Below are positions 1-8,289 of a DNA stretch of 20,219 nucleotides, one piece after another (the stretch's first letter is position 1; every line of letters starts with the position of its first letter). The notes under the pieces are model-generated. The model had not been told where the DNA came from, searched no databases, and was given only the letters and a program-made list of their open reading frames with translations. The stretch is taken from positions 1-20,219 of the forward strand of contig JAAHHN010000134.1 of NCBI GenBank assembly GCA_010672165.1. The letters are read 5' to 3'. This stretch comes from Spirulina sp. SIO3F2 (lineage in GTDB: Bacteria; Cyanobacteriota; Cyanobacteriia; Cyanobacteriales; Spirulinaceae). The translations under genes and the position numbers were made by a program.

Positions 1-24
1 TTACTGCCCCAGGCTATGACCCTT

Positions 25-228
25 TTAGAACAAAGTATCCGCCGTTTGCCGGGTCTCGAAAAGTGGTTTGTTGAAATTCCCCCTTTTCCTCCTTGAGCTT
101 GGGCTTCTTTTTTCTTTGGATTGCTCTAAGGCAAAATCCAGAAAGCCATCACCCGCTCGTTCAATTGCCCGAGCGATCGCCGCAACATCCTCTGGGCAAG
201 CAGCACGATAGATGACAGATGCAGACAT
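25..228 (-). CDS. Small hypothetical ORF (67 aa). The N-terminal 35 aa look protein-like (MSASVIYRAACPEDVAAIARAIERAGDGFLDF); the Arg/Lys/Ser-rich tail looks like out-of-frame read-through. Possibly a truncated or frameshifted gene remnant.
   Basis: ORF track. A T6/A6 homopolymer (plus 109-114) sits where the sequence quality changes. An alternative frame stays open to the window edge. Confidence 0.25.
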   Translation of the reverse strand: MSASVIYRAACPEDVAAIARAIERAGDGFLDFALEQSKEKRSPSSRRKRGNFNKPLFETRQTADTLF

Positions 229-347
229 GGGCTTGAACTGAAGTTGGGCAACTCTACAATAGCTTGTTTAAACTGGGGACTTGAATCGCTAATCGTGAAG
301 TCTAGTCAACATTGAGATATCAAAGCCCAAACTCATCTAAGTCTCAT

Positions 348-453
348 CCGTAGCGCAGGCGTCCCGCCTGCCATAGCCAAAGCAATCGTTGACGCAGGCT
401 GTGTTGAATGTGGGGTGATGAATCTGGGGCGGGCAAGATGCCCGCGCTACGGA
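348..453. other. Cluster of perfect short hairpins within a larger inverted repeat, upstream of the pentapeptide-repeat gene.
   Basis: GCAGGCG-tcc-CGCCTGC at 356-372. GCGGGCA-aga-TGCCCGC at 429-445. Outer inverted repeat TCCGTAGCGC (348-357) / GCGCTACGGA (444-453). All read directly from the sequence. Confidence 0.4.
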
Positions 454-508
454 CTTTCTGAATTGCAAATTCTCTATCAGTCATTTTGTGTAAGCACTTC
501 TCCTCTCT

Positions 509-1507
509 ATGCTCATGAAAGTCCTCCAGCCAACGGCTCTCATCCTGTTCTCCTTACTCTCATTTACAGCACCAACCCTCGCCCAATTCCCTAATGCGAT
601 CGTCGAATGCCCCGATTGTGAACTTCAGGGCTTGGACTGGCGTTATCAAGGCCTTGACCTGCGCAATGCCAACCTCAGCGGCGCGAATCTCTCCTCTACA
701 AACTTGGCGGGGCTGGACCTTAGTGGAGCAGACTTAAGTGGCGCAACATTGCAGGGCACAAACTTAACAGGAGCCAACTTGCAGGGGGTGAATTTTGCAG
801 GGGCGACGATTTTAGCCATTCAGCTTGAGGGCGCAGATTTTACCGGGGCAGATTTTACCGGGGCACAGTTGCGATCGCTCAATTGGCGGCAGGCGGAACT
901 AGAGGGGGCCATCTTTAACCAAAGTCAGTTGCACAATATTATCTTGACCGGGAGTGCGATCGCAGGTAGTGACTGGCGGGAGGCTCAGCTTACCGATGTG
1001 GATCTGGTGGGAGCGGATCTCCAGGGCAGCCAATGGGAAGGGGCAACATTTGAGAATGTGAAACTCCGGGGAGTGAATCTCTCAGAGAGCGATTTACGTG
1101 GTGTGGACTTGATTGGTGTGAGTTTGACCGAAGCCAATTTAACCAACAGCCAATTGCAGCGGGCGGATCTCTATCGCGCTGATTTGACGCGGGCGGTGTT
1201 GCAGGGGGCAAATTTTAACGAGGCGAACCTAGAGTTTGCAGTGCTGTTGGGGGCACAGTCGCAGAATAGCTTGTTTATGGCAGCGGTATTGCGATCGGCA
1301 AATCTCATCCAAGCCAGTTTTATTGGCGCGAACCTGCAAGCGGCTCATCTCGAACGCGCGAATGTGCGCTTCACCGATTTCAGCAATGCCAACTTGGAAG
1401 ATGCCCGCTTCGATCGCGCCCAATTTGAACAAACCCGTTGGTGTGAAGCGATTCTGCCCACAGGCAAGCGAGGGGACTGTCGAGAAACCGAACCGCCACG
1501 CTATTGA
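509..1507 (+). CDS. Pentapeptide-repeat protein with an N-terminal signal peptide; probably lumenal or periplasmic.
   Basis: 332-aa ORF. Hydrophobic leader ending AxA (TLAQ). The body consists of tandem A(D/N)LxG-type pentapeptide repeats (ANLSGANLSSTNLAGLDLSGADLSGATLQGTNL...). Confidence 0.9.
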   Translation: MLMKVLQPTALILFSLLSFTAPTLAQFPNAIVECPDCELQGLDWRYQGLDLRNANLSGANLSSTNLAGLDLSGADLSGATLQGTNLTGANLQGVNFAGATILAIQLEGADFTGADFTGAQLRSLNWRQAELEGAIFNQSQLHNIILTGSAIAGSDWREAQLTDVDLVGADLQGSQWEGATFENVKLRGVNLSESDLRGVDLIGVSLTEANLTNSQLQRADLYRADLTRAVLQGANFNEANLEFAVLLGAQSQNSLFMAAVLRSANLIQASFIGANLQAAHLERANVRFTDFSNANLEDARFDRAQFEQTRWCEAILPTGKRGDCRETEPPRY

Positions 1508-1553
1508 AACATGATCAGCTAAAATTGCCTCGTCTACCTCATCTCCAGACCGC

Positions 1554-2987
1554 ATGACCCTAACCCTTTACAATACCCAAACCCGCCAAACTGAAACATT
1601 TACTCCTCTCGAACCAGGCAAGGTCAAGATGTATTGCTGCGGCGTGACGGTTTATGACCTCTGCCATTTGGGTCATGCACGATCGTATATCGTCTGGGAT
1701 GTGCTGCGGCGCTATTTGCTGTGGCGGGGCTATGACGTGCAATATGTGCAAAACTTTACAGATATTGACGACAAAATTCTGCGGCGAGCCCAAGAGCGGG
1801 GCGTAACCATGCAGGAATTGAGCGATCGCTATATCGACGAATATTTTACCGACCTGCGCAGCTTAAACGTGATGGATGCGGATGTCTATCCTCGTGTCAC
1901 GGAGCATATCCCTGAGATTTGCGACTTAATTCAAGCCCTGATTGACCAGGGTTACGCCTATCCGGCGGGGGGTGATGTGTATTATCGGGTGGAGCGTTTT
2001 GGTAGCTATGGCAAACTCTCAGGACGCAAACTCGAAGACCTACAAGCAGGAGCCAGTGGCCGGGTCAGTGAAGCCGAAGCTCAAAAGGAAAACCCCTTTG
2101 ACTTTGCCCTTTGGAAAAGGGCTAAACCCGACGAACCCCATTGGGATTCGCCCTGGGGTGCTGGACGGCCCGGTTGGCATATTGAATGTTCGGCGATGGT
2201 GCGGGCAATTCTTGGCGACACAATTGATCTGCACACGGGAGGCGGAGATTTAATTTTCCCCCACCATGAAAACGAAATTGCCCAGTCGGAAGCCGCCAGC
2301 CAAAAGCCGTTGGCTAACTATTGGTTGCACAACGGGATGGTGCGCATTGATGCGGAAAAGATGTCGAAATCGCTCAATAACTTTGTGACGATTCGGGACT
2401 TGCTTGAGCGCCCTACCGAGCCGATGGTGTTGCGTCTGTTTGTGCTCCAAGCCCATTATCGCAAGCCTTTAGAATTCACTGCTGAGGCGATCGCCGCCGC
2501 TGAAAATTCCTGGAATACGATCAACGAAGCTCTCCGTTTTGGCTCGGATTATGGCAAGCAACTAGGATGGCCTGACTCCCCTGAATGTCAAGCTGAAGTC
2601 CAAGCACGATTCACCACTGCGATGGACAGCGATCTTAATACACCTGGGGGTCTGGCAATCATTTTTGAGCTAGCCAAAGAACTGCGCACCCAGCGCAATG
2701 TATTAGTGCATGGGGGTAAGCTTGAATCTGATGCCCAGCAACTGGCTCAAGTTTGGGCCACGTTGGTAGAGCTGGCACAGGTTCTTGGCTTAGAAGCAAC
2801 TGCCGCTGGAACTAGTACCGAATCAGGGCCTGGGGACGCTGAGATTGAGCAGCTTATCGAGCAACGAGCCGTAGCACGTAAGGCTAAGGACTTTGCTGAG
2901 AGCGATCGCATTCGGGATGAACTCAAAGCCCAAGGGATTGTGTTGGTGGATCAAAAAGGGGGGGGGACAACCTGGCATCGGGAGTAA
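1554..2987 (+). CDS. cysS: Cysteinyl-tRNA synthetase.
   Basis: Class I aminoacyl-tRNA synthetase motifs: HIGH-type (CHLGHARSY) and KMSKS (KMSKSLNNF). Length of 477 aa fits. Overall CysRS-like sequence. Confidence 0.93.
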   Translation: MTLTLYNTQTRQTETFTPLEPGKVKMYCCGVTVYDLCHLGHARSYIVWDVLRRYLLWRGYDVQYVQNFTDIDDKILRRAQERGVTMQELSDRYIDEYFTDLRSLNVMDADVYPRVTEHIPEICDLIQALIDQGYAYPAGGDVYYRVERFGSYGKLSGRKLEDLQAGASGRVSEAEAQKENPFDFALWKRAKPDEPHWDSPWGAGRPGWHIECSAMVRAILGDTIDLHTGGGDLIFPHHENEIAQSEAASQKPLANYWLHNGMVRIDAEKMSKSLNNFVTIRDLLERPTEPMVLRLFVLQAHYRKPLEFTAEAIAAAENSWNTINEALRFGSDYGKQLGWPDSPECQAEVQARFTTAMDSDLNTPGGLAIIFELAKELRTQRNVLVHGGKLESDAQQLAQVWATLVELAQVLGLEATAAGTSTESGPGDAEIEQLIEQRAVARKAKDFAESDRIRDELKAQGIVLVDQKGGGTTWHRE

Positions 2988-3029
2988 GGTGAACTTATGT
3001 TACCCTGGGAAAGTTGTCCAAAAAACGCA

Positions 3030-3077
3030 CATCTGAGCTTTCGGGTGTTCTGCCTCGGCAGAATCACAACTCAGATG
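3030..3077 (+). promoter_or_regulatory. Structured 5' leader of rpsB. An 8-bp outer stem CATCTGAG/CTCAGATG encloses an inner hairpin TTCTGC-ctcg-GCAGAA. Candidate S2 autoregulatory element.
   Basis: Perfect nested inverted repeats read from the sequence. Followed by the AAGGAG Shine-Dalgarno at 3097-3102 and the ATG at 3114. Confidence 0.4.
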
Positions 3078-3113
3078 GAGGTTAAACCCGAATCTTAAGG
3101 AGAAAAATAAAAA

Positions 3114-3902
3114 ATGCCAGTTGTTTCTCTTGCAAACTTGCTAGAGTCAGGGGTTCACTTTGGCCACCAAACTCGACGGTGGAACCCCAAAATGGATCAG
3201 TATATTTACACCTCGCGCAATGGGGTGCATATCATTGACCTGGTGCAAACCGCCCAGTTGATTGAAGAATCCTACAGCTACATGCGCAATTTAGCGGCTA
3301 AAGGCAAAAAGTTCTTGTTTGTGGGCACCAAACGCCAAGCCGCAGGCATCATTGCTCAAGAAGCAGCCCGTTGCGGAGCATACTATGTTAACCAGCGTTG
3401 GCTGGGGGGAATGCTCACCAATTGGGAGACCATTCGGGGGCGCATTGATTATCTCAAGGAGCTAGAAGCGCTTGAATCAAGTGGCAACCTCGACAAACGT
3501 CCCAAAAAAGAAGCCTCAGTTTTGCGACGAGAACTGGGTAAACTTCAGAAATATCTGGGTGGACTCAAATCCATGCGTCGTCCCCCTGATGTGGTGGTGA
3601 TTGTGGATCAGCGTCGAGAGTATAATGCCATTTTGGAATGCCAAAAACTCAATATCCCGATCGTGTCTTTGCTCGACACCAACTGTGACCCAGATGTTGT
3701 CGATATGCCCATTCCCGCTAACGATGACGCGATTCGCTCAATTAAGCTAATCATCGGTACCTTGGCTGATGCAATCTATGAAGGTTGCCATGGTCAAACC
3801 GGAAACGATAATTACGAAGAATTTGATGAAGTTTTAGCAGAAGGCGGCTTTGAAGATGATGGCGCGGATGCTGAAGCCTCAGGGGATGATAGCGAAGAGT
3901 AG
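3114..3902 (+). CDS. rpsB: 30S ribosomal protein S2.
   Basis: N-terminus [27 protein letters not shown] is typical of bacterial S2. Acidic C-terminal tail. Strong ribosome-binding site. Sits immediately upstream of tsf, the conserved rpsB-tsf arrangement. Confidence 0.95.
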   Translation: MPVVSLANLLESGVHFGHQTRRWNPKMDQYIYTSRNGVHIIDLVQTAQLIEESYSYMRNLAAKGKKFLFVGTKRQAAGIIAQEAARCGAYYVNQRWLGGMLTNWETIRGRIDYLKELEALESSGNLDKRPKKEASVLRRELGKLQKYLGGLKSMRRPPDVVVIVDQRREYNAILECQKLNIPIVSLLDTNCDPDVVDMPIPANDDAIRSIKLIIGTLADAIYEGCHGQTGNDNYEEFDEVLAEGGFEDDGADAEASGDDSEE

Positions 3903-4084
3903 TTTTTTCAGACATGTAAGTTGCCTAATATTGTGGCGTTCGTACTTCTTGAGCCCAAGCCTTATCTCAGAGCGGTGCGAGCGTCACAATGGCCCAAACA
4001 ATAATGTTTTAAGCAAGGATAATCCCCATTCCTTATTAGAATAGTCACGAACCAAAACAACGAATTCCAGATTTGAGGAGAGTC

Positions 4085-4888
4085 ATGGCAAAGAAAAAAG
4101 CAAGTAAAGGCGGGAAAGCAGCCAAGACAGCCCCTAAAGCAAAACCTGAAGAGAACACTGCTAAAGCTACAGCATCAGCAGCCACTGAAGCCGCTCCCAA
4201 AACAACGCCAAAATCCGAGTCACCCAAAGCTGCAGGTAAAATCTCCGCCGCAAGCGTCAAAGCACTCCGAGAAAAAACGGGTGCAGGCATGATGGATTGC
4301 AAAAAAGCCCTGGCCGAAAGCGATGGTGATATGGAGAAAGCCGTTGAATGGTTACGTCAAAAAGGGATTGCCTCAGCGAGTAAGAAGTCGGGACGCATTG
4401 CTGCTGAAGGGCTGGTTGGTAGTTATATCCACACGGGCGGCCGGGTTGGCGTTTTAGTTGAAGTCAACTGCGAAACAGATTTTGTGGCCCGAGGCGATGC
4501 GTTCCAAGAATTGGTACGTAATGTTGCGATGCAAATCGCAGCTTGCCCCAACGTTGAATATGTCAAGGTTGATGATATCCCAACTGAATTTGTTGAAAAA
4601 GAAAAGTCCATTGAAATGGGCCGAGACGATTTGGGCAACAAACCAGAAAATATCCGTGAGAAGATTGTTGAAGGTCGTATTCAAAAGCGCCTCAAAGAAG
4701 TTTCTTTGCTTGATCAACCCTATATCAAGGACCAAAGCATTACAGTTGATGAACTGGTAAAACAGGTCAGCGGCCAAATTGGCGAGAATATTCGCGTGCG
4801 ACGTTTTAGTCGATTTGTACTAGGTGAAGGTATTGAGAAAAAAGAAGAAGACTTTGCAGCTGAAGTTGCTGCAGCAACAGGGAAGTAA
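4085..4888 (+). CDS. tsf: Elongation factor Ts carrying an unusual ~50-aa N-terminal Lys/Ala/Pro-rich basic extension.
   Basis: Core matches EF-Ts ([41 protein letters not shown]...). ATG at 4085 is preceded by GAGGAG at 4075-4080. The ORF track begins at TTG 4073, which is an alternative start. Confidence 0.9.
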   Translation: MAKKKASKGGKAAKTAPKAKPEENTAKATASAATEAAPKTTPKSESPKAAGKISAASVKALREKTGAGMMDCKKALAESDGDMEKAVEWLRQKGIASASKKSGRIAAEGLVGSYIHTGGRVGVLVEVNCETDFVARGDAFQELVRNVAMQIAACPNVEYVKVDDIPTEFVEKEKSIEMGRDDLGNKPENIREKIVEGRIQKRLKEVSLLDQPYIKDQSITVDELVKQVSGQIGENIRVRRFSRFVLGEGIEKKEEDFAAEVAAATGK

Positions 4889-4915
4889 GGAGCTGCACAT
4901 TTCTTCAAGATTGAC

Positions 4916-4944
4916 AGAGCGGGTGCGGTTTCTGCGTCCGCTCT
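4916..4944 (+). terminator. Weak hairpin downstream of tsf (AGAGCGG-15 nt-CCGCTCT followed by TTT).
   Basis: 7-bp inverted repeat read from the sequence. The T-run is short, so this is only a candidate. Confidence 0.3.
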
Positions 4945-4988
4945 TTAGAGCGTGTCATTAGTTAAAACCAGAAGTCTGATGGGACAAG

Positions 4989-5076
4989 AGATAGAGCGCC
5001 CGACCCAAACAACAGGAAAAGGGGTTGTAAGTCAGTCATAGCAAGAGTTTAAAATCCAACTGACGACAGCCCCTAA
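4989..5076 (+). repeat. Copy A of a ~90-nt dispersed repeat or candidate structured RNA element. Core 5021-5076: GGGGTTG-taagtcagtcatagcaagagtttaaaatccaactgacga-CAGCCCC, followed by T7.
   Basis: Aligns with the minus-strand sequence of 7925-8012 at roughly 75-80% identity. Shared blocks: AGATA..GCG, AAAACA.GGA, GGGG.TGTAAG.CAGTCAT.G.AAGAGTTT..AATC.AA, CAGCCCCTA. Confidence 0.6.
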
Positions 5077-5176
5077 TTTTTTTATGACTTATTTTTCCAA
5101 CAGGACGCAGAATCAGGGGTTTGCTTGAATTCTGAGCGATATGAAATCCGAACAGCAAAACCCAAAATTGAGGGTT

Positions 5177-5265
5177 GAGCGGAGTCAAAACCCTGCTGCT
5201 CTGACGATCCCCCGTGGGGACGCTCCGCGTAGGCGAGGCCAGCCCTTGGGCTTACGACTCCGCTC
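5177..5265. other. Long hairpin-forming element: perfect 11-bp inverted repeat TGAGCGGAGTC / GACTCCGCTCA flanking a 67-nt GC-rich interior that contains several short palindromes (CCCCGTGGGG, AGCCCTTGGGCT).
   Basis: Read directly from the sequence. Lies in the 550-bp intergenic region between tsf and the downstream hypothetical gene. Confidence 0.5.
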
Positions 5266-5437
5266 AGCTTCCGTTATCTTAAATGTATGCAATCCGGATT
5301 TTGTATGAACTGTGTAAAACTTGAAACGAGCTTGATATTAGTCATAGCTCATTAGCATCGAAGATACTATTGTGAGTTTAATAAGGACACAAAACAGTTC
5401 GGTCATTCCTCCCCTCCAAAACTTATAGGATATTGTC

Positions 5438-6655
5438 ATGACCAAATCTCTTACCCGCATCGGTCAGGAAATCAAGCAAAACCTTGAGCAATTTGAGCAA
5501 TTGCAGAGCAAGCTTAACCAGAGCTACCAAACCTACATGGAAGTGCTCGGCACTGCTCTACGCAGACAGTTGGTACTGGCAGTTTATCAGATCTGTACCC
5601 ATTACTATCCAAAAGCATTTTTGGCTCTGAATGAGCGCGATCGCACCCACTTCCAGCAGCATCTTCAGCAACTCGGCTACCAGGCTCTGAAAGATTTGCA
5701 AGCTGCGCTAGAACGGCCCTATGATCGCAATCCCCCTCCCCAGAATTTACGCTCCGGATTGCGCAAGCGACTTCCGATTACTCCTGAGCAATTACGCTTA
5801 CTCAAAGAAAAACTTCTCCAGAAACACGAGCGCTTGGATCAAAACCATTCATCAGATGAAGAGGCTTCGAAGGATCAGCCCATTGTTATTGCCCTTGACT
5901 CTGAGCAACTCCAGTCTATGCTTTCTACCGACTCAGAAGTTGAGCAGTCAGAGCAGGAAAATGGAGAGCATGAAGCCAGTGACGATACGAATAATATTGA
6001 CGAGCCAACTGTTGCGCCAGGCCTACCAGAGATGATGGCAAATTTAGCTACGATCGCACACAAAGTTCGTGAACAAGCAGAAAGTCCATCAAATGATTCT
6101 AATTCTGAAACCTCCAAAACCAGTCCTGATGAATTTGATGAAGCAGCATCCGAAGAGCAATCCTTTGAGCCGCCGTGTAATCCCTCGGAATCTCTCCACT
6201 GGGTACAAAATGTCGAGCAGTTCATCCAAGAAACATTAAGTTTTCTGTCTTTGCAAGCTAATCGCACCCTCCATCAGTCAGCGATTTTGCCGACACAACT
6301 CCCCAGTAAACTATTTGCAGCAGCGATCGAGGCAGATGAGGGGAGTAGTAGTAATCCAACTATGCTGCCCAACACCATGAATCTGGTTGTTGAGACAGAC
6401 TTCTCTTCAGAGACAGACACAGACGACAGCAGTATTGTCTCAATTACTGCTGTCCGTCTCCGCTTAGCTGAAGTGGAAATTGCTGAGAATACTGTGGCTG
6501 TGGCTCGCAGCCAGCTACGCGAACGCTTGGCTAAGATGAAAACCCTCGCTCGGCAGTATCAAAAGCTTCAAAAAGAGCAGGCAACTGCTCAAGCGGAAGC
6601 GGCTTGGCGCACAACTTGGTATGAAGCTCTCCCAACTGATGCAGATACAATTTAA
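5438..6655 (+). CDS. Hypothetical protein of 405 aa. It has a structured N-terminal domain, a long acidic Ser/Asp/Glu-rich low-complexity middle, and a C-terminal coiled-coil-like helix.
   Basis: Long ORF with protein-like composition. No family recognised from motifs. Convergent with the SBP gene, with a 26-bp gap. Confidence 0.7.
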   Translation: MTKSLTRIGQEIKQNLEQFEQLQSKLNQSYQTYMEVLGTALRRQLVLAVYQICTHYYPKAFLALNERDRTHFQQHLQQLGYQALKDLQAALERPYDRNPPPQNLRSGLRKRLPITPEQLRLLKEKLLQKHERLDQNHSSDEEASKDQPIVIALDSEQLQSMLSTDSEVEQSEQENGEHEASDDTNNIDEPTVAPGLPEMMANLATIAHKVREQAESPSNDSNSETSKTSPDEFDEAASEEQSFEPPCNPSESLHWVQNVEQFIQETLSFLSLQANRTLHQSAILPTQLPSKLFAAAIEADEGSSSNPTMLPNTMNLVVETDFSSETDTDDSSIVSITAVRLRLAEVEIAENTVAVARSQLRERLAKMKTLARQYQKLQKEQATAQAEAAWRTTWYEALPTDADTI

Positions 6656-6681
6656 ATTTTCTTAAGTTTTCCGCGTCTAAA

Positions 6682-7848
6682 CTATTCTTTCGGGCGAACA
6701 CTCTCAAAAAATACACTCTTGCCCTTCTGCACTTGTAGAATCGCAGCATCTTTACTAGGGTCTCCGCCCTGACCATAGCTAATTGACCCTGTCACACCTG
6801 GATAATCACGGATTTGAGTCAGTCCAGTTTGAATCATTTGAGGTTCAAAGCTATCTTGGGTTTGAATGGCAGTAAAGAGGAGTTGGATCGCATCATAGCC
6901 CAAGGCTGCAGCTGAAGTTGGAACATGATTGTACTGTTGACGATAGGCAGCCAGAAAAGCTGTGGTTTGGGGCGTATCAATATCATCGGACCAATCTGCG
7001 GTGTAAAGAGCACCCTCTAAAGCTGGATCGCTAAAATCTCCGAAGCCTGTCCAGGAATCAGCGCCAATTAGCGGAATATCTAGACCCAGGTCTCGTGCCA
7101 TTTGAGCTTGGTTGAGTACTTCAGCCGGATAGTTTGGGAGGAAGAGAACTTCAGGCTGAGCTAATTTTATCGCTTCTAGAGATTGCTCAAATTGTGGATT
7201 ATCGGTGACATAGGTTTCAAACGCAACAACATCTCCTCCCCGGTTTTCAAAGGCTGTCTGAAACGATTCTGCTAGATATTTGTTGTAATCACTCGCAACA
7301 TCATAGAGAACTGCAGCACGCTGAACTTGCAGCTTGTCTCTGACCAAAGTTGCGATGACCTCCGCTTGGAATGCATCGGTGAAGGTTACCCGAAACACGT
7401 ATTCTTTCCCTGCTGTGGTTTGGGGGTTGGTTGATTTAGAACTGATCATAGGAATACCTGCTGCTTCAGCAACCTGGGCAACTGGAATAGCATTACGACT
7501 CAACGGCATTCCCACTAAAGCAACGACTTTGTCTTGATTGATGAGCTGGTGGGCAGCGGCAGCAGCAAGACTGGGGTCATCTTGATCATCTGCGACTATA
7601 AGTTCAACTGGATAACGCTGCTCTTTAATTTCAAACCCACCCTCCTCATTAATCATCTGGACAGCAAGTTCAATTCCTTCTAAGGTTGGACGCCCTGATG
7701 TGAGTGAAACATCACCGGTCAAGGGCACAATCACACCAATTACAATTTCTGGATCTGGGTTGGGCCGACAAGCCCAAACAGTGATACAACAAGTCAAGCA
7801 GGCAATAACTAACCACCATCGTTTCCAGAAGTAAGACATTATGAACAT
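6682..7848 (-). CDS. ABC-transporter periplasmic substrate-binding protein of the type-1 fold (Leu/Ile/Val / amino-acid-binding family; LivK/NatB-like), lipoprotein form.
   Basis: N-terminal signal with lipobox (LVIACLTCC...WAC). IGVIVPLTGDVSLTSG and subsequent motifs are typical of the Peripla_BP_6 family. No permease or ATPase genes are adjacent, so it is an orphan SBP. Confidence 0.85.
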   Translation of the reverse strand: MFIMSYFWKRWWLVIACLTCCITVWACRPNPDPEIVIGVIVPLTGDVSLTSGRPTLEGIELAVQMINEEGGFEIKEQRYPVELIVADDQDDPSLAAAAAHQLINQDKVVALVGMPLSRNAIPVAQVAEAAGIPMISSKSTNPQTTAGKEYVFRVTFTDAFQAEVIATLVRDKLQVQRAAVLYDVASDYNKYLAESFQTAFENRGGDVVAFETYVTDNPQFEQSLEAIKLAQPEVLFLPNYPAEVLNQAQMARDLGLDIPLIGADSWTGFGDFSDPALEGALYTADWSDDIDTPQTTAFLAAYRQQYNHVPTSAAALGYDAIQLLFTAIQTQDSFEPQMIQTGLTQIRDYPGVTGSISYGQGGDPSKDAAILQVQKGKSVFFESVRPKE

Positions 7849-7924
7849 TTAGCAATAACAGTAACTGCAGTCTAGAATGTCTGGAGATATCGAGCTGATG
7901 AATGCTTAAATTGGAGAGTCAAGT

Positions 7925-8012
7925 CTAGGGGCTGCCTTTATTTAGATTCCAAACTCTTACGATGACTGGCTTACAGCCCCCCTCCGTGTTTTTAATCAGA
8001 CGCCTTATCTAT
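7925..8012 (-). repeat. Copy B of the ~90-nt dispersed repeat, in minus orientation. It lies about 80-165 nt upstream of the SBP start codon.
   Basis: Minus-strand core reads GGGGCTG-taagccagtcatcgtaagagtttggaatctaaataaagg-CAGCCCC. Copy A has GGGGTTG/CAGCCCC, where the C-to-T difference keeps the stem as a G.U pair. Confidence 0.6.
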
Positions 8013-8046
8013 TGGCGCATCGGATTCCTTGAGTCGATGACATGTC

Positions 8047-8289
8047 CTAATTTGACAGCCTTTGAGGTGGTTCCCAACACCGGCCACCTGCACCAGATGA
8101 ATCGTTGGGCTGACCCTCATTCTCTGGCTCAAATTCTTCTAAAACTGGATCAAGGGGGGGCAAACCCAAGGGAGTTGCTGAAACACCTAGAGGTGCGAAT
8201 GACCCACCAAGCGCCCCGCCACAGATACCACAGGTAACAGCAAGATGCCATGGTAAAAGTTGACGTAGGGCTGAGGGAGGATTAATCAT
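8047..8289 (-). CDS. Possible small protein (~80 aa from the internal Met MINPPSAL...; the ORF track extends it to 120 aa).
   Basis: ORF only. Weak ribosome-binding site. Gly/Pro-rich with an acidic tail. Lies in a 1-kb AT-rich, gene-poor stretch upstream of the SBP gene. Confidence 0.2.
   Translation of the reverse strand: MINPPSALRQLLPWHLAVTCGICGGALGGSFAPLGVSATPLGLPPLDPVLEEFEPENEGQPNDSSGAGGRCWEPPQRLSN

Noticed and set aside
990-1555. ORFs 990-1211(-), 1229-1555(-) and 1236-1514(+) inside the pentapeptide-repeat gene.
   Set aside because: They lie entirely within a strongly supported CDS. The repetitive GC-rich codon pattern of pentapeptide repeats keeps alternate frames open. The translations are Pro/Arg/Ser-rich with no features.
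1560-2456. Short ORFs on both strands overlapping cysS (1560-1793-, 1942-2253+, 2040-2234-, 2250-2456-).
   Set aside because: Embedded in a clearly identified aminoacyl-tRNA synthetase gene. Low-complexity translations.
4045-4302. 85-aa minus-strand ORF antisense to the tsf N-terminal extension.
   Set aside because: It is the reverse complement of the Lys/Ala-rich coding stretch and gives a trivial Ala/Phe/Leu-rich antisense frame.
7962-8237. 91-aa plus-strand ORF in the SBP upstream region.
   Set aside because: No ribosome-binding site. The composition is not protein-like (His/Arg-rich tail). It overlaps repeat copy B on the opposite strand.
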